Of a stretch of DNA of 57,033 bases, positions 10,917 through 21,233 are shown in pieces (within the stretch, counting starts at the first letter, position 1; each line of letters starts with the position of its first letter). The position numbers and the translations under genes are program-made. The notes under the pieces are model-generated. The model worked only from the letters and a program-made list of their open reading frames with translations, was not told where the DNA came from and made no database searches. This DNA is from Balanoglossus misakiensis (lineage: Eukaryota; Animalia; Hemichordata), in NCBI GenBank assembly GCA_040954595.2, contig JBECUI020000055.1, positions 1 to 57,033 on the forward strand, written 5' to 3'.

Positions 10917-12782
10917 ATGGAAAAGATGAGTGGTAAAACAAGCAATATTATCGAAGAGAACATTGCCAAACTAAAAGAACTCTTTCCTGAAGTTTTTACT
11001 GAAGGCAAGGTGAACTTTGAGGTCCTAAAGGACATGCTTGGCGAGCACGTAGACGACCAAGAAGAACGCTACCAATTCACCTGGAACGGTAAAAACAAAG
11101 CCCGGCTGCTTGCCCAAACACCAAGCACTGGCACCCTGCGTCCCTGCCGAGAAGAGTCGGTAGACTGGGATAGCACAGCAAACATTTTTATTGAGGGCGA
11201 CAACCTCGAAGTCTTGAAGCTGCTGCAAAAGAGTTATTACAAAAAAGTGAAAATGATCTATATCGATCCGCCCTACAACACCGGTAAAGATTTTGTGTAT
11301 AAGGACAACTTCAGAGACAACATTAGGAATTATAAAGAGATTACTGGGCAAATGGATGGCCAAGGCCGAAACCTTTCTAACAATCCCGAAACCAGCGGTC
11401 GTTATCACACCGACTGGCTGAATATGATGTACCCGCGTTTAAAGCTGACGAGAAATCTGTTAAAGAACGATGGGGTTATTTTTATAAGCATTGATGATGG
11501 GGAGCAGGCAAACCTCAAAAAAATGTGTGATGAGTTGTTCGGTGAGGAAAATTTTGTTTGCTATCTCAATTGGCAAACAAAAAAAGGCTCTCAAGGAATG
11601 CAAACTAAAAACATGGTCGTGACTAATCACGAGTACATCTTGGTATACGCCAAACAAGCATTAGACTTCTCTTTCCTTGGAGAAGAACGCTCCGAGCAAG
11701 GTTTTTCAAACCCTGATAACGATCCTAGAGGTCTTTGGAAACGACAATATCTTCAAAGGTTGGGACAAAACTTACCTGTTCGAACTATTAAAAATCCAGA
11801 AAATGGCATGGTCTTTAGTTTTGAAACTCCCTACACACAAGAACATCTAGACTCTTGGTTAGAAGAGGGAAGGATTATCTTCTCCAAAAACGAAGACAGC
11901 TACCCTGCAAGAAAAGAATTCTTGAATGAATACAAAACCAATAAACAGCTTGTAACTTCGCTGGGACTTCATTCCACTAAAGCAAGCACTGAAAAATTGT
12001 ATGGTTTGTTTAACAAGTTAAAAATTTTCACGAATCCCAAACCTGACACAATTTTGAGCTACCTGTTGGAAGTCACAACCCAAGCCAACGACCTTATCCT
12101 AGACTTCTTTTGTGGTTCTGGAACCACGGCCCACGCTGTAATGCAGCAGAACTTCAAGGATAATGGCTTCCGTAAGTTCATTATGGTGCAGCTTCCAGAG
12201 GCATGTTCGGAAAAATCAGATGCCAACAAGGTTGGCTGCAAAACTATTGCCGACATTGCTAAAGAACGCATCCGCCGAGCTGCTATGAAAATCCAAGAAG
12301 AAAACCCCACTTATTCCGGCGACCTTGGTTTCAAGGTATTCAAACTCGACTCCACCAACATCAAACCATGGGAAGTCAACGTCAACCTAAGCAAAAAAAC
12401 CCTCCAAGACTTCATTTCCAACATTAAAGACGACCGCCATGAAGAAGATGTGCTTCACGAAATTCTACTCAAGTATGGATTCGAACTCACCTTGCCCATT
12501 GATGAACTGAAAATGGAGAATGGCGAATGGAAAAAAAACGCAGAAGACAACACGCACAATTCTCAACGACTGTACTCCATCGGTATGGGAGCACTCATCA
12601 TCTACTTCTCAGATTGTATTTCCCTTGAGGCGGTCGAAGGCATAGCCCAATTGAAGGCTGAGCTTAAACCGGAAATCATGCGGGTGGTATTCAAGGACTC
12701 CGGCTTCAAGGATGACGTGATCAAAACCAATGCTGTTCAGTTACTTAAACAGGCTGGCATTGCTGATGTAAGGAGCCTGTAA
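10917..12782 (+). CDS. mod: Type III restriction-modification methyltransferase (Mod), m6A
   Basis: IEGDNLEVLK, motif IV YIDPPYNTG, motif I LDFFCGSGTT with intervening TRD; C-terminal GDLGFKVFKLD and VVFKDSGF typical of type III Mod. Confidence 0.92.
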   Translation: MEKMSGKTSNIIEENIAKLKELFPEVFTEGKVNFEVLKDMLGEHVDDQEERYQFTWNGKNKARLLAQTPSTGTLRPCREESVDWDSTANIFIEGDNLEVLKLLQKSYYKKVKMIYIDPPYNTGKDFVYKDNFRDNIRNYKEITGQMDGQGRNLSNNPETSGRYHTDWLNMMYPRLKLTRNLLKNDGVIFISIDDGEQANLKKMCDELFGEENFVCYLNWQTKKGSQGMQTKNMVVTNHEYILVYAKQALDFSFLGEERSEQGFSNPDNDPRGLWKRQYLQRLGQNLPVRTIKNPENGMVFSFETPYTQEHLDSWLEEGRIIFSKNEDSYPARKEFLNEYKTNKQLVTSLGLHSTKASTEKLYGLFNKLKIFTNPKPDTILSYLLEVTTQANDLILDFFCGSGTTAHAVMQQNFKDNGFRKFIMVQLPEACSEKSDANKVGCKTIADIAKERIRRAAMKIQEENPTYSGDLGFKVFKLDSTNIKPWEVNVNLSKKTLQDFISNIKDDRHEEDVLHEILLKYGFELTLPIDELKMENGEWKKNAEDNTHNSQRLYSIGMGALIIYFSDCISLEAVEGIAQLKAELKPEIMRVVFKDSGFKDDVIKTNAVQLLKQAGIADVRSL

Positions 12783-13093
12783 GGAACTTTAAAAAAACAA
12801 CCGTAAAATATGAAAAAACCGATCCTTTGCTTTCGGTTATGTTCCTCTGCCGATAGCTTAATAAGTTCATTCTCTTGAAAAATTTCTGTGCATAAAACTG
12901 TCTGCTCTAAGCTTTCAAGAGAGAGTAGGCCTATTCAGGGGAGGGGTGTTTGGGCTCGTTGTTCTTCTTTCTTCGTTTATTTTAGGGAATTTCTAAAACG
13001 AATACGCAAAAAGTTAGGCTAAGGCATCAACAGGCAACAATGAGAAACCCGCTATGAGGCAGTTTCTGCAAGCATTCACAGGCTCCCTCAAGC

Positions 13094-14053
13094 TCAACAA
13101 AGACGGTTCTTCCTCTGACCATCCAAAAAAGCCTGAATATTCTCCTCAACCATCTGCATCAACAGAGTGCGGGCTTCAATGCTGCCCCAGGCAATATGAG
13201 GTGTAATCAAGAGCTTATCGGGATTCTCAACCTTATGAAGAGGCGAATCAACCGCCATAGGTTCCTGGTCCAACACATCCAGACAGGCCCCCCTAATCAG
13301 ATCCTCATTCAGGGCCCTAGTTAAATCTTCCTCCACAACAATACCCCCCCGGCCCAAATTGAGCAGCAAGGCATTTCTCTTCATTAGCTTCATCCGGTCA
13401 TAATTAATCAAAGCACGGGTTTTCTCATTAAGCGGAGCATGAATGGAAACAATATCCGATTCCTTAAGTAATCTTTCTATGCTTACTCTTGTGTAGAGGG
13501 GCTGATTATTCTTCCCTGAAGTGGAATAATAACTCAATTCCATCCCAAAAGCCTGGGCCAGTTCCCCCACTCGGCGGCCTATATTACCCAAGCCAATGAT
13601 GCCCCATTTCTTACCATCCAATTCGTACCACGATCTTGCCAGATGGGTAAACGTAGGACTATTGACATAGCTTTTGTTCTTTACATAAGCATCATAGTAG
13701 GCAAGTTGCTGGAGCAAATAGAACAACATAGCAAAAGTATGCTGCGCTACACTAAAAGTGGAATACCCCGCCACATTGCTAACCGCCACACCCCTCTTTT
13801 CCGCAGCCGCAAGATCAACATTATTATGGCCAGTGGCGGTAAGACAAAGGAGCCGAAGCCGCCTTACTTCTGCAAAAACTTTCTCAGAAAACATCCCCTT
13901 ATTTGTTATAGCAATATCCACATCCGCCACACGCTCCAGAAGCTCCTGGGGCGAACTTGTTGGATAAACCGTAAGCTCTCCAAATTTCTTAAAACGGGAA
14001 AGTTCCATATGATAGCCGAGGGTCTGGGCATCCAAGACAACAATCTTCATCAA
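13094..14053 (-). CDS. D-isomer-specific 2-hydroxyacid dehydrogenase (glycerate dehydrogenase-like)
   Basis: GIIGLGNIG Rossmann motif, SIHAPL, LLNLGRGG, LDVL and ITPHIAW. Confidence 0.92.
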   Translation of the reverse strand: MMKIVVLDAQTLGYHMELSRFKKFGELTVYPTSSPQELLERVADVDIAITNKGMFSEKVFAEVRRLRLLCLTATGHNNVDLAAAEKRGVAVSNVAGYSTFSVAQHTFAMLFYLLQQLAYYDAYVKNKSYVNSPTFTHLARSWYELDGKKWGIIGLGNIGRRVGELAQAFGMELSYYSTSGKNNQPLYTRVSIERLLKESDIVSIHAPLNEKTRALINYDRMKLMKRNALLLNLGRGGIVVEEDLTRALNEDLIRGACLDVLDQEPMAVDSPLHKVENPDKLLITPHIAWGSIEARTLLMQMVEENIQAFLDGQRKNRLC

Positions 14054-14262
14054 GACTCCTTATAAAAGCAGCTTCTTAACAGAAGGTAGCAATAAACTTT
14101 TCTTTAAACAATCTTAGCTAAACAAGCCGCCCCAAGCCCATAGCCCTCCAGAGGAGACGCCGGCGGCCTTTCAGCATCAAAAATATTCTACCCCAGAAAA
14201 AAATTCCTGGACTACCTTGGTTCTTATTAATCACTATTGCCATACCCACCTTCGTTAAGAAC

Positions 14263-14291
14263 TTGACAAAAAAGTTTCACTACGATAGGAT
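14263..14291 (+). promoter_or_regulatory. Sigma70-type promoter of GLUG lipoprotein copy A
   Basis: TTGACA-17 bp-TAGGAT, followed by an AAGGAG RBS; conserved upstream of copies C and D. Confidence 0.65.
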
Positions 14292-14329
14292 AGTTCAAAC
14301 AAAATCAAACGCTTAAGGAGATCCAGCAT

Positions 14330-16555
14330 ATGAATTTATTTACATTTACCAACTCACTCACTCACTCACCCGCGCTAAGATATCATAGAAAAACTTTAGC
14401 TAAAGCTAGAAAACTCCTCCTTTTCCCCCTCGTTTTTTACATCTTAAGCTCCTGTGCTAATCCTGCTGCTCCTACCTTTGAAGCGCTTAGCTACCGGGAC
14501 GAAGGCAGGGAAATCACCATTACCGGCCTGGCAACACAAGACAGCACAGCCCTCACCATACCCTCAGTCATTCAGAACAAGCCCGTCACGGCCATTGCCA
14601 AGGCAGCCTTTAAAAATTCATCCCTCAGCAGCGTGAGCATTCCAGACAGCGTAATTACCATAGGAGACGAAGCTTTCAACTCATCGGCTTCCTTAAGCGA
14701 AGTGCATTTAGGAAACGGTATTAGCTCCATAGGCAGCCTGGCCTTCGCCGGGACGGCTCTGAACAAGCTCACCGTCCTGGCCCCATCGGCCCCCAGCGTT
14801 GCAGGTAGTCCCGCTGAAGCCTTCCCCGCCTCTCTAACAGAAATCACCCTGAACTACCCCATCGGAGCCGAAGGCTATTCCGAAGCCCCTTGGAGCGGCT
14901 TCGGCACACTAAAAGCGGTCCTAGACCCCGCTGTCATTGAAAATGTAGTCCAGGATTATCAAAGCCTTATCATCAGCCTCCAATCCCTACCCGGCGTCAC
15001 CATCACCGTAGAAGCCCACATCGAGGCCACCTTCTCAGGCGAAGCCGCTGCAATGGCAGTCTCTGACCCGACGGCTACAGCAGTCCAGGAGATAAGCTTG
15101 ACTGGCCTGATTAACGGTAGCACCTACTACCTGCGGGCCAAAGGAGACCAGGTCTCCCATGCAAAGACAAGCGAATGGATAGAACTTCCCACTCCCTATG
15201 CTCCCCGCGGCATCGTCATTATTGATGCCACCCCCCGTTCGGGAAAAATCACGGTTGACGTTGGAGCTTCTGAAGGGATGGAAGCAAAACTCCAGGCATT
15301 CACCGACCAGGATTTTAGCATTATGGTCAAAGAAGCCTCCCTTATAGGTAAGCTCGACTCTCAAACAGTGGAAATAAACGGACTCAGCAAGGGAACCACC
15401 TACTACCTGCGGGCCCTGCTCACTGACGGCAGCGCTGAGCACCGCTATACCACTCCCCTCATCCCCACCGCCGACGGCAGGCAGTACATCCACCGCCTGA
15501 GCGAACTGGCCAAAATCGGAGTGGATACGGAAAACTACCCCGATAACTGGAACTACGAGTTAAAAATGAACCTCAACTTTGCCGACGCCAACAACGACGG
15601 GGTTATGGATGACCCCTTTGACAGCGACGACAATGCCGATAACGGTAACTGGACACCTCTTACTCCTGGGGTTTATAGCGATACTGGAGTCTACCAAAGC
15701 GGTGGGTATGAGGGGAGCTTTGACGGTATGAACCACAGCATTGAGGAAATGATCATCACGACCCCTGAAGAGGATCGAGTCGGTTTATTTGAGGTCGTGG
15801 CTGCCAAAGGGAAAATCGAGAATCTGGGGCTGCTGGGGGGCTCTGTCTTGGGGAATGCTTACGTAGGTACTTTGGTCGGTTATAGCCAAGGCAACGTAGC
15901 AGGCAGCTATGTTACCGGGAATGTTTCAGGGCAGGGCCATAGCGGGGGTGCTTTGGTCGGGTCCAACCTTGGCAGCATCATAGGCAGCTACGCCACCGGA
16001 GATGTCTCGGGGCAAAATAATTACATGGGTGGCTTGGTGGGGTCCAACCACGGTAGCATAACAGATAGCTATGCCGTCGGGGATGTCAGGGGGAATCAAA
16101 ACGTGGGTGCTTTGGCCGGGTACAACCTTGGCAGCATAACAGGCAGCTATGCTACCGGAGATGTCTCGGGGCAGGATGGTTATGTGGGTGCCTTGGTCGG
16201 GACCAATGCTCTAACTGGCAGCATAACGAAGAGCTATGCCGTGGGGGATGTCTCGGGGAATGTTTCCATTGGCGGCTTGGTCGGAAGGAAGGAAGGGCGC
16301 TCTACCATAACGAACAGCTATCGTTATAAGGATCAGAAATTCACTAACTTTAATGGCCAAGACAGCACCGCCTCCAATACTCATGGCAGCGAAGTAACCT
16401 TAGAACAACTAAAAACCCCCAGCTGGTACAGCGCCACCCTGGGCTGGACCGCCGACAATTGGATCATCGACAGCCAGGTAAGCGCCACTGTCCCCTACCA
16501 CCCCCACATCAAAGACCTCACCGGCCAGCCCTATACCCCCCTCCCCAGTCTCTAG
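14330..16555 (+). CDS. Surface lipoprotein copy A: BspA-type LRR, two FN3-like modules, GLUG repeats
   Basis: Lipobox-like ILSSC; IPDSVITIGDEAF (LRR_5-like); ISLTGLINGSTYYLRA modules; YEGSFDGMNHSI; repeats of GxSYATGxVSG..VGGLVG; intact 741-aa ORF. Confidence 0.85.
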   Translation: MNLFTFTNSLTHSPALRYHRKTLAKARKLLLFPLVFYILSSCANPAAPTFEALSYRDEGREITITGLATQDSTALTIPSVIQNKPVTAIAKAAFKNSSLSSVSIPDSVITIGDEAFNSSASLSEVHLGNGISSIGSLAFAGTALNKLTVLAPSAPSVAGSPAEAFPASLTEITLNYPIGAEGYSEAPWSGFGTLKAVLDPAVIENVVQDYQSLIISLQSLPGVTITVEAHIEATFSGEAAAMAVSDPTATAVQEISLTGLINGSTYYLRAKGDQVSHAKTSEWIELPTPYAPRGIVIIDATPRSGKITVDVGASEGMEAKLQAFTDQDFSIMVKEASLIGKLDSQTVEINGLSKGTTYYLRALLTDGSAEHRYTTPLIPTADGRQYIHRLSELAKIGVDTENYPDNWNYELKMNLNFADANNDGVMDDPFDSDDNADNGNWTPLTPGVYSDTGVYQSGGYEGSFDGMNHSIEEMIITTPEEDRVGLFEVVAAKGKIENLGLLGGSVLGNAYVGTLVGYSQGNVAGSYVTGNVSGQGHSGGALVGSNLGSIIGSYATGDVSGQNNYMGGLVGSNHGSITDSYAVGDVRGNQNVGALAGYNLGSITGSYATGDVSGQDGYVGALVGTNALTGSITKSYAVGDVSGNVSIGGLVGRKEGRSTITNSYRYKDQKFTNFNGQDSTASNTHGSEVTLEQLKTPSWYSATLGWTADNWIIDSQVSATVPYHPHIKDLTGQPYTPLPSL
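14352..14369 (+). repeat. (ACTC)4 tract in 5' coding region of copy A
   Basis: ACC A-ACTC ACTC ACTC ACTC-AC, 22 bp after the ATG; gene is in frame. Confidence 0.8.
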
Positions 16556-16978
16556 CTGTCCCCGCATTGGCCGGGGACCTGCTTTCCCCCAAGCAATTCA
16601 GCCCTCCAAGTCCCCCCCAGAGCTGCGGGATTTGGAAGACTTACCCAAAAGACCAGCCTGCCGCCGCTGCCCCCCCTCATCCCTGAGGCCTAAGTCGCCC
16701 CCATCCGGTAATCATAATCTTCCATCCCCCGACGTTTCCTGTTCCTTGCTGCACTCCTACACCCAGAGGATCATCTGTGGCTCCCACTCCTCCCCCCCAA
16801 CTAAAGTTCTTCCCCCAGTCATTACCAGGAAGAAAAGTCTCAAAGAATCGGCAAAAAATTTTTTTAGAAAAATTTGTTTTTTTTATGTTTTGGGTTAGGT
16901 TATAATAGTTAAGAACAGTAACCCCATATAGGTAGCTTTTCTCGAAGTACATTAAACAATTGAAGGAGTCTCGAAAAT

Positions 16979-18979
16979 ATGGCAAGTTTGTCTAAAAAAT
17001 TCAGTTTTTTACCCATTATCTTTTATCTGATGGTCTCCTGCGCCAATCCGTCCTCTCCTAACTCCGAGACGGTTGCCTACCAGGACGAGGGTAGGGGACT
17101 CCTCACCCCCAGAGAACAACCCACCGTCACCATAGAAGAAATTCAGGCCGGTTGGACAGAGATCACGCTCAGTCTTAAAGCCCTGCCCGGTACCATTCTC
17201 ACCGCCTGGGCCCATACCCAGCCCGACTTTTCCGACAAAGCAGCAGCGACAGCCTCTATCGAAGCCAAAGTCGAATTTCTGCAGCTTAAACTTACCGGCC
17301 TGGACGGCGGTGGCAAGTATTACATACGAGTTCAGGGAGAAAACGCTCAAGGTGAAACAAGCATCACCATACCCTCCGACAAACCCTTCAGTCTTCACCT
17401 TGCCTACATTACCGATGCCATTCCCAGCTCAGGAAAAGTAATCGTTGACATGAAGACCACTGCTGGACTACAAGGAAAAGTTCAAGCCTCCTTAAACAAG
17501 GAATTCACCAGCATCGTCAAAGAAACTGCCTTTACAGGTAGCACCGAACCTCAAACGCTGGAAATCAGTGGACTCAGCAATGAAACCCCCTACTACCTGC
17601 GCATCCTTCCCGATGAAGGCGGCACTGCTTACCCCTATTCCACCCCACTGATCCCCACTGCCAAGGGCAAGCAGTACATCCACCGCCTAAGCGAATTGGC
17701 CAAAATCGGGGTAGACACAATCAACTACCCCGCTAACTGGAATTATGAATTGAGAATGGACCTGGATTTCTCTGACGCCGATAATAACGGAGTTAAGGAT
17801 GACTCCTTCGACAACGACAACAACCCCGCCAATGGGAACTGGGCCCCCCTTACCCCCAGCGGATACGCCGGCAGTTTTGACGGTAGAAACCACAGCATTG
17901 ACGGAATGATCATCATAACCCCTACAGATAACGAAGTTGGTTTATTTGGAGTCATGACCTCCGAAGGAGAAATCAAACACCTAAACAGGCTGATGGGTAT
18001 GGTCTCGGGGGGCCGGAAGACAGGTGTTTTGGTCGGATACAGCGCAGGCAGCATAGTGGGCAGCTATGCCACTGGTTCTGTTACGGGACATGAAATTTTC
18101 GTAGGCGGCTTAGTTGGATACAGCATAGGGCCTATAAAGGACAGCTTTGCCAATGTGATAGTTGTAGGACAGGCCCATGGCGTCGGCGGCTTAACCGGAT
18201 ACAGCGGTGCCGCCATAACAGACAGCTATGCCTCTGGTTCTGTCACGGGGCTCTACAGCGTGGGGGGCTTAGTCGGAATGCAATACGGTGCCGCCATAAC
18301 AGACAGTTATGCCACTGGCTCTGTCACGGGGACCGAGCTCCACTCTGTGGGTGGCTTAGTCGGAGATAATGTCGAGGCCACAATAGCGAGCAGTCATGCC
18401 ACCGGGGAAGTCTCTGGGAACTCTTACGTGGGTGGTTTGGCAGGAAGGAATGAAAACGGCAGCATAACAAGCAGCTATGCCACCGGATCTGTTACGGGGG
18501 ACTCTTTCGTGGGCGGTTTGGTCGGATGGAATGAAAGCGGCAGCATAACAAGCAGCTATGCCACCGGGTCTGTTACGGGGGACTCTTACGTGGGTGGCCT
18601 GGTTGGAGACAATAACGCTACTATAACCAACAGCTATGCCACTGGAAATGTCTTGGGGAGCCAGAGCGGAACTGTAGGTGGATTGCTTGGATTCCAGACC
18701 GGTAGCAACGCTATCATAACGAACAGCTACCGCTATGAGAATCAGAGTATTACCGACTCTGAAGGCAAGGCCCACACGGCACCCAATACCTTTGGCAGTG
18801 CCGTTACCCTGGAACAACTCAAAACCTCAAGCTGGTACACTGATCCCGGGAACCTAGGCTGGTCCGCCGAGACCTGGCTCATCGAAGGCCGGGTAAACGC
18901 CCCCACCCCCTACCACCCCCACATCAAAGACCTCCCAGGTCAGCCCAACACCCCCCTGCCAACCCCTCCAAGTTCCTAG
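16979..18979 (+). CDS. Surface lipoprotein copy B: FN3-like modules and GLUG repeats, no LRR, no SSR
   Basis: Lipobox-like LMVSC; shares QYIHRLSELAKIGVDT, YAGSFDG, GLUG repeats and the PYHPHIKDL C-terminus with copy A; intact 666 aa. Confidence 0.85.
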   Translation: MASLSKKFSFLPIIFYLMVSCANPSSPNSETVAYQDEGRGLLTPREQPTVTIEEIQAGWTEITLSLKALPGTILTAWAHTQPDFSDKAAATASIEAKVEFLQLKLTGLDGGGKYYIRVQGENAQGETSITIPSDKPFSLHLAYITDAIPSSGKVIVDMKTTAGLQGKVQASLNKEFTSIVKETAFTGSTEPQTLEISGLSNETPYYLRILPDEGGTAYPYSTPLIPTAKGKQYIHRLSELAKIGVDTINYPANWNYELRMDLDFSDADNNGVKDDSFDNDNNPANGNWAPLTPSGYAGSFDGRNHSIDGMIIITPTDNEVGLFGVMTSEGEIKHLNRLMGMVSGGRKTGVLVGYSAGSIVGSYATGSVTGHEIFVGGLVGYSIGPIKDSFANVIVVGQAHGVGGLTGYSGAAITDSYASGSVTGLYSVGGLVGMQYGAAITDSYATGSVTGTELHSVGGLVGDNVEATIASSHATGEVSGNSYVGGLAGRNENGSITSSYATGSVTGDSFVGGLVGWNESGSITSSYATGSVTGDSYVGGLVGDNNATITNSYATGNVLGSQSGTVGGLLGFQTGSNAIITNSYRYENQSITDSEGKAHTAPNTFGSAVTLEQLKTSSWYTDPGNLGWSAETWLIEGRVNAPTPYHPHIKDLPGQPNTPLPTPPSS

Positions 18980-18990
18980 CCATCACCTCC

Positions 18991-19029
18991 GCCCTCCAGG
19001 CCCCCCACTTCGGGCGGGCCTTGGAGGGC
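18991..19029 (+). repeat. GC-rich hairpin downstream of copy B; monomer of the 50.2-51.3 kb array hairpin
   Basis: GCCCTCCAGGCCCCCCAC-TTCG-GGCGGGCCTTGGAGGGC; its reverse complement matches the hairpin in each array unit. Confidence 0.7.
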
Positions 19030-19075
19030 TCACATCCCTCAGACTGGCCCCCTCCCCAAACCCTCCATCTCAACA

Positions 19076-19681
19076 AGAGGCAGCTATGTTACCGGTGATG
19101 TCTCGGGGGGAGAGAATGTAGGTGGTTTGGTTGGATATAATGTTGGATCTGCAGTCCTGGTATATAACAGCTATGCCGTCGGTTCTGTCAGGGGGGAAGA
19201 ACAATGTAGGTGGTTTGGCCGGGCTTAGCTCGGGTAGCATAGGGGAAAGCTATTCCGCTGGTTCTGTTGTGGGGGAGAAGAACGTGGGTGGTTTAGCTGG
19301 CTACCTTTTCTGGGATAGTTGGGATTCTCGCTCCATAAGCAATAGCTATGCTGTCGGGGATGTTACAGGGCAATCTGAAGTGGGAGGTTTGGCCGGAAAA
19401 ATTGATGGTGTGACTATAACGAACAGCTACCGCTATGATAACCAGACCATCACCCTCCCTGAGGACCTTAGCCCGAACACCTCAGGCAGCGTGGCCTAGC
19501 ACTACTAAAAGCTCCAAGCTGGTACACGGGAACCGATGCGGGCAACCTAGGCTGGTACTCAAGCCTCTGGCGTATTGGAGGCCTGGTAAATAGCACACCT
19601 GCCTACCATCCCCACATATTCCAAAGTGGAACAACCATGGAAATCCCCAACCAGCCCAATATCCCTCTCCCCACACCCTAG
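19076..19681 (+). pseudogene. Headless GLUG-repeat C-terminal cassette
   Basis: Begins mid-repeat (GSYVTGDVSGGENVGGLVG) with no start, RBS or N-terminal domains; ends PSWYTGTDAGNLGW...PAYHPHI...QPNIPLPTP-stop; two frameshifts. Confidence 0.75.
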
Positions 19682-19864
19682 TTCTCCTATCCCCTGGAAA
19701 AGCGGGGGAAGCGGAGTACCCGCAAAAGAAATTCAAGGACATAAGGTCTAAAGGGAATAGCACTGTTCTGAGATAACAATGCCCTGGTTTTGGCTGTTTT
19801 CGTTAAGGTTTTTGGCTTAAGTCTTGAGACTCTTGTGTGAGTTTCCTGTGATTCAGCGTGTAGC

Positions 19865-20945
19865 CTAGACGCTGAACCGGATGTTGAGTATATCGCCATT
19901 CTGCACTGGGTACTCCTTGCCCTCCAAGCGGAAGGCTCCTGCCTCTTTAACACCTTTTTCGCTTCCGGCATCAATGAGATCCTGGTATTGAAAGCATTCG
20001 GCACGAATAAAGCCTCGGGCCAGATCGCTGTGAATGGCTCTGGCGGCATCCAGGGCCTTTTCGCCCTTACGGATGGTCCAGGCCCGAACCTCATCGGGGC
20101 CTACGGTAAAAAAGCTTATAAGCCCCAGGGACTCATAGGCCATGGTGGTAAAACGCCTTATGGCTGAAGCAGGAATGCCGAGATCTTCTCTGAAGGCCTG
20201 GGCCTCTTCTTCGTTCAGACGGCAAAGTTCCATTTCAAAACCGCCTGCAAGCTCAATGGTCGGGGCTTTCTCCCCTAAAACTCTAAGCAATTCCTCATTC
20301 TTACCGTAATTCCCTTCCCCTGAATTCAGTACCAAGATTAAAGGTTTGGCCGAAAGGAATTGGAAACCGGAAATCTGCTTGCGCTGACTGGGGTCAAGCT
20401 CAACCGTGCGCACCGGAGCATTGGCATCGAGGGCCTTGTGTAGAATTTTCAGAACTGCCTGCTCCGCCAGTGAGGCGGAACTCTTCTTGCCTCGCTTGTG
20501 ATCTCCAGCTATCCGTTCTAGACGTTTTTCCACTGTTATCAAATCAGAAAGGAAAAGCTCAGCCATAATGTTTTCCACATCTCTTACTGGGTCAGGTTTT
20601 CCAAGAGTAGAATCCAGAAGCTCTTGGGAGAAGTTTCTTAAAATGATCACCAATGCCTCAGAAGACTTCACCATTCCCATGGTCTCCCCAGAAAAAAGCT
20701 CCCCCTTTCCTTCTGATTGTTTTATGCCTACAAAATCCATGAAGTCCACAGAGGCTCGAACAGTTTTTTTTGTTGGTACATCTCAGAAAGGCGGTCCAGC
20801 CGGAGATCCTCCACTTCCACCGAGGCAATATTGGGCTTCGCCTTACCCGAAGAATAGGCGGTTCACCCTCTCCCCAAGATTGAGTCAAGGCATTAAAAAT
20901 GGTTGTTTTTCCAGATTTGGGAGTTCCTATGAGTCCTAATTTCAT
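19865..20945 (-). CDS. ychF: Redox-regulated ATPase YchF (Obg family), frameshifted
   Basis: GLIGTPKSGKTT at the N-terminus; FFTVGPDEVRAW, IHSDLARGFIRAE and EGKEYPVQNGD. Confidence 0.9.
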
Positions 20946-21233
20946 AAAAAGAGCTTAGCGGACAAGCATGACGGAATTCAATGGGAAATTGTTAGGGGCG
21001 TAAGAAATGTTCTCTTTTCTGCCGAAGTGCTTCCCTTATTGTATCATGAGATATACAGAAAACTCAAAAAACCTCAGTCATGGCTCCCCCTTTAACAAGG
21101 GGAATCAAACTCAAATTCATTTCAGGAATTTATGCAAACTTCCAATAATTCAATTATCATATTGCAAGACCCTAAGCAGTCAAATATAATATGGCATTAT
21201 CCTAGGAACAAAATAAGGTGGGGGGGGTTGTTT

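Noticed and set aside
10917-11100. Phase-variable mod (phasevarion)
   Set aside because: No simple-sequence repeat tract in the 5' region or promoter of mod.
21085-21104. TCCCCCTT-TAAC-AAGGGGGA hairpin upstream of acnA as a regulatory RNA
   Set aside because: Single short hairpin with no further support; function cannot be assigned.
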